Source of the DNA: Vitrella brassicaformis CCMP3155
Taxonomy: Eukaryota; Protista; Chromerida
Assembly: GCA_001179505.1 (NCBI GenBank)
Contig: CDMY01000306.1
Span: forward strand, 1 to 64,000
Length of the DNA: 64,000 nucleotides
Direction of reading: 5' to 3'
Part shown: in pieces, positions 12,471-25,200 of the stretch
Position numbering within the stretch: the first letter of the stretch is position 1
How the letters are laid out: each line of letters begins with the position of its first letter
Notes under the pieces: model-generated
The model's input: the letters and a program-made list of their open reading frames with translations, nothing else
What the model was told of the DNA's origin: nothing
Databases searched by the model: none
Position numbers and translations under genes: made by a program

Positions 12471-13382
12471 GGTGAGCCTCACGACGTGCGGAGCGGATGC
12501 GCCAACATTTCTTTCAACACTCGGCTGGCTGAGCTGGCTGAGTTTGTGTTGGTTGGATTCGGAGACAGCGGGGATTGATCTGTCTGTCTGTCTGTCTGTC
12601 CGACCATCAGAAAGCCAGTTTGTGTCTTTCTCTTGCGCACCCACACGCACAGACAGAATTGCACACACCGCACGGCACGCACATCGGATTCTGCCACAGG
12701 ACACGACCGATGGACAGACAGACAGACAGACAGATAGACACTGGTTACCCTTCCCGTGTGACGTGAGTGACATTTGTTGGAACCTTTCTGTCTCGGAGGA
12801 CTGACTGGTGCGGTGCATACTGCTTGATGCGTGGTGACTAACGTTGGTGACGGCATTCACGTGTAGATGAGGCATTCATCCATTCGGACGCAGAGCTCCC
12901 TGATGGATCTAATTAATCTGCCCCGTGTCTGTCGCTCAGATGGCATGGGTCGAACGAATCCTGACTTACCTGACTGAGGGACTTGCCTCCCACGTGAGTC
13001 CTTCGCACTCAGCTCACCTGACGCACACAGATCCATCCATCCATCCATCCACCTTGTCCGACGCCACCCACGCTAATCGACGACCGACATACATGAACCA
13101 GCCGATATATAATGGTCTAGTATATGTACAACAAACACAATACAGACCCACTGGCTGCAGGCGTCGGTCTGTTTGTCGTTCATCCACACGCACGCCCCCC
13201 CGCCCCCCCTCCCCGGCCCCCTGCCTGACTTTGTGGTCAATGGCGGGCAGCCATTGACCACGGCGGGCACACAGCTCACCCCACCCACTCACTGTCTGTC
13301 CGTAAGTGTGTCCCCCATGGCGTGGTTGGCTCTCCTCTCCTCGACCAATCCTCCAGCCGCTTGCCTTGCCCGCCGCGTTCAT

Positions 13383-13817
13383 TCACTGGCCGAACATGAC
13401 GTGCAGGAGCTCCTCAAACACGGGCTTGGATAACCTGACGGACGACACAGACCGACACACATCAGGTTAGGTTAGGTTACACACAGAGAGGGGAAGCTCT
13501 GTATATGCCACTCACTCCTTCCCTCAATCCCCCGCTCCCCACCTCCCCACTGACTGCCTGACCTGTAAGCGAGATAGTAGACAGCCCCGTAGATGGCCCC
13601 CGCACAGTGGCCGATGATGTCGAGGTGCCCCGTGGCCATGTCGAGCAGCAGAGACGCCAGGAGCACCAGAGGGGCCCGCATGGGGTAGCCCAGGAAACGC
13701 ATGACTCGATTGGGGAGGTGGAAGGCGTGGAAGCTCATCATCGCATACATCCCGCCGTTGCCTGCAGGATCCAACCAACCAACGATGTGGGCATCAATCA
13801 ATTAACTAAACAGTAAG

Positions 13818-13848
<31 letters not shown>

Positions 13849-14889
13849 GCTCACTTCCGAGTCGCTCCACGTTCTGGTGCAGCAGCAGCTTGGAGAGGAC
13901 CACCGAGCACAACAGAGAGAACACACTCCCACCGATGTACAACCTGACAACAACAAACACCACACGGTCATACATCCTTGTTGGCCTCAATCGACTTCTC
14001 CCCATCGCACCGCGCCCATCGCCGACCCGATCCGACCTGTAGAAGGCAACCGCACCCAGGCTCCTTCTTAGCTCGGGTGAGAAGGTCAGGTAGGCGAACA
14101 CATTCACTATCAGCTGGAACACATCCGCGTGCGACAGCGGCGCCAGGAGGAGCGACCACGGGCGGGCGTAGAGGTTGTGGTACGACGCGACGAAGTGCTT
14201 GCCGACGAAGATGCGGGCCAGCTGCCAGAGAAAGAAGACGCTAATCTGTGTGACGACCAGGACGTTGAGCTCCTGCTCGATGGTCCACTTCTGACGCATC
14301 GCGGGGATGGGGATGCCCAGAGAGAACCAGTGACGCGCAAGCCCTGACAACACAGGCAGCCAGGCAACACACACACACGCACACACACACACCTCTCTGT
14401 GTCTGTATGTGTCCTTTGGTGCCTCATAGGTATCTCTTTCACTCACCTATAAATGTGTCCCGCGGATGGAAATACACGCTGCAGACGAGAAGGTCATAGT
14501 AATGCCGCTCCTGCGCACAGCAAAGTAACGCACACACACCAGACACTCCTCCATCCATCCATCCATCCATAAGTGCCTCCAGCCATGGTTCTATCCATCC
14601 ATCCATCCATCTCTGCCCGGACCTGGACGCCCAGCCACTTGGCGCTATCCTCGAGCAGCCCCTGTAGCTTGGCCTTGATGTTGTGCCGCTGGGCGTGCAT
14701 GTACCGCCGCAGATCTCTCTCGCTCGGGTTGGTCAGGTAGAGGCACACCAGCGCCGCTGACACGCAACACACTTGCACGGGGACGGTCAGCCGTATCCGC
14801 CACCGTGTAGGTCTTCTGGGTGTGGCGGCAGCAGGCCGCCGGGCTGCCCCTTCACCAGCAGCGGAATCGGTCCGCCGCTCCTCGACCAT
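13383..14889 (-). CDS. Rhomboid-superfamily membrane protein (probable pseudoprotease) with an N-terminal DUF4359-like segment
   Basis: Contains RPWSLLLAPLSHADVFQLIVN, a TM4 equivalent RLGSNGGMYAMM (across the 13855/13761 junction) and TM6 DIIGHCAGAIYG. The N-terminal part reads LYLTNPSERDL…ERHYYDLLVCSVY…TFIGLARHWF. Confidence 0.75.
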
Positions 14890-15007
14890 GATTTGATGAG
14901 TAAGCTGCACCGTCAAGTGATTTCTAAGTGACGTGGAAAGCCGACACACCAACGAACGATGTCGCCTTCGGGACTCGTACTTCTCAGCTCGCACTTTCGA
15001 GAGGACG

Positions 15008-17184
15008 ATGGCGGACATCACTCCTCAGGTACAGGCGGATGCATCAGAGTGCATCCATCTCCATCCCATCCCATGCATCCCTCTGCTTTGTGTGTGTCTG
15101 CCTGTCATGTCACGACAGGAGTACGACAAGATCAGTCGTGCCTTCCGCCATCCCGAGTTCCGCGGCCTCTTCCAGGAGTACGTCGATGAGATATCAGACC
15201 CCAAACACAGAGAGGTGGGCGTCATGCCGACAGTGTCATTCGGGTGCATGCCTCTGTCTGTCTGTCTGTCTGTCTGTCTGTGTCTGTGTGTCTGTGTGTT
15301 TGGTTAGGAGCATGACAAGTACCTGCGTGAGCTGGAGGAGAAGGGCGAGGGCAAACCCGGCCAGCGGCTCATATTCCCTGAACCAGGTACGTAGGTGGGT
15401 GAGAGATGGGATGCGCGATTGGGTCTCTGTTTCTTTGCACGCCTATGGCCGGTATATGTCTGTGTATGTCAGGATGTTGCGTTAAGACGGCCGTGCAGCA
15501 CCCCAACGGCTCGCAGCAGAAGCTCTTCATCAACATATGCCAGTCGGAGAGGTCGGTGTGCTGTGGCAGCACCCACCATATGTCTGTTTGTGTATGTGTG
15601 TGTATCTGTGTGTCTGCGATGCGCATCCATCAATCAGGGTGCATGACATGAAGCAGACGAGTCAGGACGGCGGCACCAGTGTGTCGCTGCCGTACGTCCT
15701 GGGCAACCCCAGACCTGACAAAGACCACAGTAAGCAAACACAGCACGCGAGAGGCAGAGCAGCAGTAGGCCATATGACGATGAGATGGGTGTCTGTGCTT
15801 TTTGATCTAATGTCGATCAGACGGCGCCGGCTGCCTGACGTGCGACATGTGTGTGGGCACGCTCACCTACAAGAAACTAGAAGGTCAGGCAGGCAGGCAG
15901 GCAGTCGCCTCCCATCGCTCCACAGAGCACAATAATCACACTCACTCACAGCCGCATCCATCCATCCGCCCATCCATCCATCCGCCCTATGTCGTCAACG
16001 ACCATTGCAGATCACCGCATCATGAAGCTGTGTGTGGAGGAGGCGTCCAATGGGATGAAAAGGCGGTACTTCACCAACAACGAGGAAATCAAGAAAGGTG
16101 CCTGCCTCGTCAATCATCACCATGAGTGTCACCATCAGTGAATGCCTCTCTATGTGTTGTCTCTTGTGTGTTGTCTGTTGGTGTTGTGGAGCAGATTTCA
16201 AGGTGCTCAAGTACGTGCGTTGCAAGGGCGACAAACCATCGCCGCTGAGCGTCAACGAAAAGGAAATAAAACCTCTCAAGGGCAAGGGCAAGAAAGACAG
16301 CACCAACAGGTGAGGCAGACAGAGGGGCACACACACACACAACACAAACATATAGATAGGTGGGGAGAGGAGAGAGGGGCAGGGAGGGAGGGAGGGAGGG
16401 AGGACGCACCTGCACCGCACACGCACTCCGTTGAGTCATGGTGTCTACTGCTGTCGAGTGAGTCATCGTGAATTAGCGAGTGCCACAAAGACACGCCTGT
16501 CTGTCTGTCTGCCTCGCAGCCAGACAGAGAGGGAGGGAGAGGGTACTCGGCCTTGTGTGTCCCACACTGCACACACCAGGGTCATATGACCCTCACACAA
16601 TCTGAATGTGTGTCTGTCTTGCTTCCCTCCTCCCACCGTCCGTGTGTCTCTCCCTGTCTGTGTGTTCTGTATCAGAGCCCTCTCTGGTGCGCCGAGTAGC
16701 AGCGCCAGGGCGGCACCGCCCGACGACGCCGATGAGTCCATCACGCCTGCCGAGGTGAACCGGCTGCTGGACAAGCTCAAGAAGGACAAGGCTCACAAGG
16801 AGGGCAACACACTCGACCAGCCCACGACGCAGGAGGAGGCCACGACCGCTCCTGCTGCCGATGCTCCGCCGTCAGCGAGCCCTCCTGGTGGTGGTGGTGG
16901 TGTCAATGGCGTGAAGAGTGAAGATGAGAAGGGCGGCGAGGGGCAGGCGGCTGGTGCTCAGGGTGTGGTGAAGCCCACCTACAGGATCATCTATGGCCAG
17001 GGTGAGACAAGCGGGCATCGTGTGGGTGGTCGTGCTTGTTCACGAGCGCGTGGTGCGTGTGTTTGTTCAGGTGAGTTGCGCATCGAGGGCACTCTGGGTC
17101 ACGCCCATGCCGACAAGTACCTACCGGTACGAACACACACAACAGAAAGACTTCCATATCGATGCCTGCCTGCCTCCCTGAGTG

Positions 17185-17220
<36 letters not shown>

Positions 17221-18846
17221 TGTGCAGTCGGAGGCGTTGCGGCCGGCCACCAGCCTGAAGGTGGAAGTGGAACTGCCAGGAGTGGTCAGTCAGCCAGCTG
17301 CCTCGCTCGACAGACACACGTTGACTGGGGTTGTGTTGTGAATGAATGCATTGGATGGGATGGGGTGGGTGCGGTGCATAATGCAGTCGTCAGCAAGTGA
17401 GATCAAGACAGCCGAGTTCACCACCGACACCCTCACTGTCGACGTCCCCCACAGATACCACCTGGTCAACAAACGCAGAGAATACCATACCCATCGAATG
17501 CCCTCTCTCATTTGTCCATCTGTGTGGGGTGTGTATGTGTCCGTGTGTGTGTGTGTTCTCAGCAGGAGCTGCCCCTGCCCCTTCCCGTCAAGTATGACGA
17601 CGGCACTGCCAAGTTCCAGAAGACCAAGGCCGTCCCCACGCTCAAGCTGGCCGTCCCCGTAGACATCGATGCACTCAAGGCCAGGCGCAAGGCCAACACG
17701 CCCACACCCGCGCCCGCACCCGACGACAACGCCGCACCCCCGCCAGACACACACACGGCGAGAGGCCAAGGAGAGGGCGACCATAGCCAGCAGACGACCA
17801 ACGGCAGCCATGAGACGGAGGCTGCTGCGGCACCTGCCCCTGCTGCTGATGTGGTGGCTGCTCCTGAGGTGGTCGCCAGCCGCTCCCAGGCTCTCTGTGA
17901 TGAGGAGCTCGGCACTGGCTCGGCACTGCACATAGTCGGAACAGGCGGCGAAGCAGTGCAGTCAGCAGACGAGTCGGCACAAAATGGCAACCAAGACCAA
18001 GACCAGGATGCCACAGCATCGGCAGCAGCAGAGGAGACGCAGGAAGGCCCCATTGCAGGAGACGCTGCAGCGGCACCGTCCGAGCAGCGTTCGAGCGAGA
18101 AGTCCGGCACCATCCTCACCAGACCACAGAGAGACCGCGAGGCGCTCAACGGCGACCTGGTCGAACGGAAACAGCCCCCCGAAGAGCAGAGGGACGATGA
18201 CGATGACCAGACACCTCTGCTGACCAATGGCTGTGCCCCTCGCCCCTCCCCCTCCTCGTCCATCAGGACCAAGGTCTACGACTACCCCGACAACGCCGCC
18301 AGCGTCATATCGGTGCTGCTGGAGCTCAGCGGCACCACCACCATGCCCAGCGCAGTGGAGATCGCGGTGCCGCATGGTGAGGGCAGTGAGAGGCAGCTGC
18401 AGATGACCCTCCTCCCTGGCGACGGGTGCGGATGGGAGATGATGGTCGTGGCGCCGCTCAAGGTCACCCGCACATGCGACCTGGTTCTGGAGGAGACGCG
18501 GGCATTCGGCGTGACCTTCAACGGCCTGCAGATCCATGTGGAGCTTACCAAGAGAGCGGCGGACACACCGCCATCAGCCGCCACTCGCGTGACGGTGCCG
18601 ATCAAATGGCGGGAGCAACAGAGGTTGCCAGCAGACGAGGAGGGAGGACCAGAGGCAGCAGAGGAGGGTGCCGGCGAGTGCGGTGAGGGGCGTGAGGGGG
18701 ACGATGGCGACGAAGATGAGTTCACGGATATGCCGCTGCCGAGTCTGTCTGAGGCGCTGTCTGGGGACCGGTCGGTGCTGAGCATGCATGGGATCGGCAC
18801 GCAGGTGACGCTGCGGGACCAGAGCTCCTGGAGGTATAGAGAGTAG
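15008..18846 (+). CDS. DNAAF2: Kintoun/PF13 axonemal dynein assembly factor (PIH1 + CS domains)
   Basis: N-terminal EYDKISRAFRHPEFRGLFQEYVDEISDPKHRE and LIFPEPGCCVKT…KLFINICQS…SLPYVLGNPRPDKD…TCDMCV. The CS region reads VEVELPGVS…TAEFTTDTLTV…LPLPVKYDDGTAKFQK. Confidence 0.88.
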
Positions 18847-19687
18847 AGTGAGGGACGGACGGACGGCGGGAGGGCCTGTGTATACGACGCATGCGTAGCT
18901 GTGTGTGTGTGCATGTCTCTGTGTCTGTGGAGAACACCCCTGCCTCCGTGCTGGTGCGCGGTTGAATGGGCGTGTGGAAGGCCTCACTGTTGCATGGCTT
19001 GATTGTCCGTCCGTCCGCAGATGAACCGCGCACACAACAACACACCGACACACACACACACATGCAGAAGCCGACTCTACAGACAGAGAGACATGATACG
19101 TTCAGACACGCAACAACCTGTGTGGACACTTCAATGCACTGCCTGATAGTGTATCTTCGGTCCTGTCTTGGCCACCATTGTGTGTTCCCATCGGGTCACC
19201 AGAGCGCGTTTGAGGCTGGCCGCAGCTCCCACTTGCAGGGCTGCGGCCGTCTCAATCACCCAAGGGCAACCAGATGCAAACACACAAAGGTCCGCAACAT
19301 CCCCGGCAAGGTCAACCAGAAAATCAGACGACTTCCAGCAAATAGGTGTGTGCAGACGTGCTAGTGTGTGGGGTAAGTGAGTGTGGGTAGACAGATGGAA
19401 GACACACGAGCTCTCCATACCATACCATACAGGAACAACCATACCTACAGCCAGACAGCCACCCAGCCCACTGCGAACACTGCCATGCATCCAGGCACAG
19501 CCATTCCGACAACACACACACACACACACACTCAGACACACCACTCTCCGCTATGCTACACACACGTACCCACCCATTTTGTCTGTCTGTCGATAGAAAA
19601 TCAGAGTGAGTGAAGCATTGAGCGAAAAATCGGCGTTGGTTGGGCCAGGCGACTGTGTGGGGTGGGTGGGGTTGCCCTCTTTCTGGT

Positions 19688-21041
19688 CTAGACGACTTCG
19701 GACAGCAGCATGGCGCTCTCCTCAGGCGGCCTGGCGCGGTACTCGAGTATGGCCCTGTCGCCGTCGATGGACACCTCGAGGTAGGCCTCGGGCCGCGCCG
19801 CCTCGATCTTGGCCATCTCCTTGTTATACTCATCCACACCAACCTTGACACCCCACAAGATGCCTGACCAGCAACAAACACACACACATCCATCCTGCTT
19901 TGTTTGTGTCGCCCGCCCTCGCCGCCTCACCTCCCAAGAGGACCACGACGACGACAACGGGGTTGAGGAGGGCACCGACGACCTCCACGCCCGCTATCTC
20001 AGCACCGACAGAGCACATGGCGCGAACAAACACGCCACCCGCAGCGGCGTAGACGAGCCTCTTGGCCCCTTGCCCCGCTGCCCGACCAATCTGCCGCAGA
20101 CGGTCGATGGTCGACATGGCCATCACCACCTGGCGATGACAAAACATCAAAACAGCACACACAGCTGCAGTGGGTGCCCCATCCTTACGCACTGTGTGGC
20201 TGTCCGTCGTTGGGTCACTCACCTGTATGCCTATTTCGCTGAGTCGTGCGTTGACCTCTTGGAGCGCATCGCCTGGCACCGAGTAGGAGTGGCAGGCCAT
20301 GGTGTCCAGCTCCTTGTGGTCCCTCACCGCATCCAGGAACGACTCGAAATCCTTGCGGATCGTCCGCTTCCTGCCCTTGATGTAGAAGCTCTCGCCCATC
20401 TCGGCCGCCGACGCCCGGCTGCCCGCCCCCACCTCCTCCGACTGGATGGTCTGCAGCGACACCACCGACTCGTTGTCATTGTCGCCAAGGCCCTCGTCGC
20501 GACGCGGCACCAGCTGGAAGGACTGCTCGTCCGCGAAGCTGCCGTACAGGCTGCCCACGGCTGGCCCGGCCGCCGACTGGCCGACCTTGGCGAACTGCTC
20601 CGAAGGCGAGACGAGGTCGCGGACGAAGGAGCCGGGGATGGCCGGGTGGTAGACCTCCACACGGGGCATGAAGTTGTTTGGTTTGTTGAAGAACGACGAC
20701 ACGGCCGCATCGTCTGCGATGGTGAGCTTCTCCTCGCCAGAAAAGCCGACAAAGGTGACCTCGCGACCAATGTCAGTCGATGCCGAGGCGGGTGCGCTGG
20801 GCAGGCTGCCTCTGACGATTTGGCGCAGGTGGTCGAGGGTGGCAGGGATGACCGTCTGCAGCAATGCACACACACACGCGCGCGCGACCAGGGAGTCAGG
20901 CGACACAGGGTGCAGTTGCAGTTGTGCGTGACAGTGAGGGTGCGAGTCGAGCCGATTTCCTACCTGTCGGACGATATGTGAGCCTGCCCCTGACCCGATG
21001 ACCAGCTTCCAGCATCCCGTCACACCCGATGACGCCATCAT
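19688..21041 (-). CDS. Hypothetical protein: PB1-like N-terminal domain and C-terminal Gly/Ala/Val-rich hydrophobic helices
   Basis: Spliced product: MMASSGVTGCWKLVIGSG…HIVRQ|TVIPATLDHLRQIV…VTFVGFSGEEKLTIADDAAVSSFF…, then AAAGGVFVRAMCSVGAEIAGVEVVGALLNPVVVVVVLLG|GILWGVKVG…SEVV*. Confidence 0.5.
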
Positions 21042-21416
21042 GCACCGGATGTATACGCAGACAGGAAGGAAGGCTGGCTTGCACGCCTCTCTCAAGGCAG
21101 CACAGCCTCTCGATAACGGTAGTGCTTTGGACCTACTTCACTTCGCCAACTGCGAGCTTTACACATCAGCTCGCATACTCTTCCCTGCCTTTTCTTCTGT
21201 CCCACGACCATGCACAGAGCACAGCCAAGCGGATGAGTCATCCTCCATTCTCTTGCTGGGGGCTTCCAAAACAATCCGACGACCTTTCCTCGACAGGACC
21301 CTCAGTCAGCTGTCTGTTTCCGCTTCTTCTGACGGTTTCCACCGGCGCCGCGCTCGATTTCTTTTTCCTCCTTCTGCACTGACTGGATGTTGATTGACTG
21401 ATTGGCGATAATTCCC

Positions 21417-22210
21417 ATGTCGAGGACGCGGCCCCTGCTGGACCTGCGGGAGCAGCACCTGACCGATGTGGACCTCTCCCTCTATCCAAGAGTCGAAGAA
21501 ATAGGTCAGCATCGACGTCAACCAACAACGCTCATCTGCAATGACAGTTGTCTCAATCGGTTGTCTGTGTCGATCCGTCCGTGTGTGTGCCAGTTCTGGA
21601 TGACAACCAGCTGACGGCCATCCGCTCTCTCCCCCGTCAGGTTCATAGTCTGTCCTTGCGCAGCAACCGCCTGCCCGTCATCAGCGAGGCGTTCGGCGAG
21701 GCATCGGCGCTGCAGGCCATCGATGTGGCCCAGAACCGGCTGGTCGCTATCGACCATCTGGCGCGCTGCTTCCACCTGCAGCACCTGGACCTCAGTGGCA
21801 ACTTTCTCGCCGATGAGGCGCTCAGCTGCCTGGCGGGACTCAAGGTGAGTGGGTTGGCGGAGGGCCAACGAGTTGGAAGCGGATTGATTGTGGCATTCCA
21901 ATTGATTGTCTGCGCGTGTGTGTGTGTGTGGATCAGTCGTTGCGTCGGCTGTATTTGCGCAACAATCGTCTGCAGGAGGCGGAGGTGTTCTTCCCGTGGC
22001 TCAACCAAATACCCCTAGAGGTGAACGAGCGACTGATGGATGGATGGATGGTAGATGTGTGTCGTATTGTGTGTCGGTGTTGGTTTGCAGGAGCTAGATT
22101 TGTGTGGGAATGCGTTGAGGGACGTGATGCCCTTCCTCCGGGGGGCTGCCTTGAGGTGCCTGTGGATCGCCGGCAACCAAATCGACACACTAGTCATCAA
22201 GTCTGTCAAC

Positions 22211-22242
<32 letters not shown>

Positions 22243-25200
22243 CCACCGTTGTCCTGTGTGTGTCTGTGTGTGTGTGTGGCCAGACACTCCCTGCCCGCAT
22301 TGGAGCTGCTGGATGCCCGGGACAACATCATCGCAGGTGAAGGCAATATATATCAGAGCTTTGTACTTCCCGCTGGTGGCGATTTGTCTACTGTGCTCTC
22401 CTTGCGTTCAGTGGTTGACGGCTTGCCGCGTGCTCCTGTGCTGCGTCAGCTGCTTCTCGACGATAATAACATCACGCCATCAAACATCGACCCACACCTG
22501 CAGGTCACTACCATACCATCCGACACACAAGGCACTTTGAAGACCCCTCCATCCGTTCATCGATCATTCCGTGCGTTTCAGCACCAGGAACTGACTTCGG
22601 TCTTCCTCTCGCGCAACCGACTCGGCCACAAGCCAGCCACGGAATCATCGCCCTCTCAGCGCTCACCGCCATCGACATCGATTGACCCGCCCATTTCGCC
22701 AGACCGGCTCAGGTCACAGTATGCAGCCCCAGGCGCAGCGTCGCCCGCCACTGGCGTCACCAATGGCCGGTCGCCGCCCTCGATGAGCAGAAGCGGGTCG
22801 AGTGGGTCGCCTGGTCGGTGGGGTGGCGGCATGGGAGGCGTGGAGAGGTGGCACTGGCACATGGGCCGGCTGCAGGTGCTGGATTTGAGCTCCAATGGGC
22901 TGACAATGGTGCCTGACTTGAGGGGATGCCGGGCGCTGGAGTCTCTGTCCCTCAGGTGAGCAGGGAGGGAGGGGAGCGATCGCACACATCAAGACGTGTT
23001 GGTTTGCAGGGACAATGTGTTGGCGTCTTTGAGCGGCATGGCGACCAGCGATGAGCCCTTGTCGAGCCTGACCTTCCTAGACGCAGCGTACAACGCCATC
23101 CAGGACCTAGACGCTGCCACACTGGCGACCTTCGGTACGCAATAACTGCTCCACACACCATTCTTATAGATAGCAGATTCATGCTGCGTATGATGGTCCA
23201 TCAGGTTCGCAGCTTCGCACTCTGCTCCTGATGCGCAATCCCATTGGCAACTGCGACAGGCTCATTCAGACATTCCAAAGCGGAGAGGTACGAACACACA
23301 CAAGATGGCACATGGCACAGGTGACACCATTTCAGTTGCTGTGTCCTTGTCCCATCAGGCCGGCGAGCTCCGCCATTTGGATCTGCGTGACACTCCGCTG
23401 ACATTCGCCTTCTATCCGGGCTCTCAGGTTTTGCCGGCCAACCCGTGGGAGACGACGCTCGACATCGCCTCATATGACCTGGAGACCGCCGCAGGCATGC
23501 CAATGGACGACGCCACTATGCTGGCCAGAGACCAATACAGGTGGGGAACCCATGTGCACAAAGTTCCCTGTCCTGTTCTCTCCCTTGTTCTCATGTGAGT
23601 GGGTCCCTTTCAATGGTTGTCTCAGGGCGTCTCTGTTGGCCGCGTGTCCGCTGCTTCAGACCCTCGATGCCATCCTGGTGTCGACGCACGACAGGCGCCG
23701 CAGCACCGACACGCCCCCACTCATTCCCAAGCCCTCCCCCCTGCCAGACAAACGGCTGTCGTTCAACTCGCAGGGCCTGGCCCTCCTGCCGCCACCGCCT
23801 CCCTCACACACCACCCTCGAGGACGGCTTCGCGTCAGTGACCCACCGGCTGAGGGAGAGGCCCTCCGGCAGCTTCGTCCTGGAGAGCACCATGGACGTGT
23901 CGCCCAAGCAGGGGGGCACCAAGGCATCGCCATTCCTGACGCTGACCAACCCCCAGGAGCTCGGCAGCTCGTTCGAGGCCTACTTCATGAACCCCGCCAG
24001 GCACAAGGGCGGCCAAGGGACTTTGCCGGTGGAGCCGCCGTCGGTGTCGCCACCAAGGACGCCGCCCCAGCCGACATCGCTGCATGGGCCGACGGGGCAG
24101 GTGCAGGACATCACCACCGGCTACCCCACGATGCAGCCATCGGACCTCAGGTACAGCAAAGAGGCGGTCCACTTCCACCTCGATCCTGAATTCGACACCC
24201 CTGTGGGCGCACGTGAAACCCATGACGGCTCCCCGTCCGGCGGCACCGACCTCAACATGACCCCGCGCACTCGGCAGCGCCGCACCTGTCGTGTGTGGAT
24301 CCTGGCGCCCAGCAAGCCCGCCCACCTGCCGCCCAACAGCGTCACTGTCCCCTACGACATGGGCAACGAGGGGGGGACGCTCGTGCTGTCGCATGAGGCA
24401 TCGTGGGAGGAGGGCGGCGGTGGCTCGCCCACACGCACATCCATCCAGCGGGCTGGTGGGCCGAGGCGGGATGCGATGGAGGCTGACGACGGGTCATCTC
24501 CTGAGAGGCCGATGGCGACGGACGTTCATGAACGGCCGCCAGCGCCGTTGCCGACAGGGGAGGTGCCGCAAGCCCTCCATCGTGCGATGGGCGATGCAAC
24601 GGCCCAGTACCGGTGGACGTCAGCTCCGGCAATGGAGCAGCGACGGCCCGAGAAGCCTCAAGAAGGGCTGGGATGGTCCGGGAGCATCGTGTACGTGGAG
24701 ACCCCCAGCCCCCAGCAGACGCAAATGCGGCGAGTGTCTGCCCCCGTCAGTCGCATCAGGCCCCATCTTAGTATGTCGCCAACATTCAAGCGTGCGCCCC
24801 TATCGACGTCGAGTGACGAGGACGAGAGGCTGCAGAAGGAGCGACTGGCTGGCCGTGGCCGCCCCAGCGAAGAGAGCGAGTCGCTCCACCTGACGCCGCC
24901 GGCAGGGAGGAGCGACGGCGGCACTCCTGATGGGTCGACAGGGGCGATGCGGCCACGTCTGGTCGGCAAGGCGTCGCTCGAGAGGATTCAAGAGCATGAA
25001 GAGGAACACATGCAGCAGGAGTCACCCCACTCTGGCGGTCAAGCCCTCCGCATGAGCCGCATGCCGTCTCGAGCTGCCGCCTCCCAGGCGCTGTCATCCC
25101 AGCCCTCTCTCCAGCCTGCTGCCTCACCCTCACGCGACGGCCTGATGGATGGATCTCCACGCCAGCCGGACAGCGGGAGGCTGCCGCCTTCTCGAGGCCA

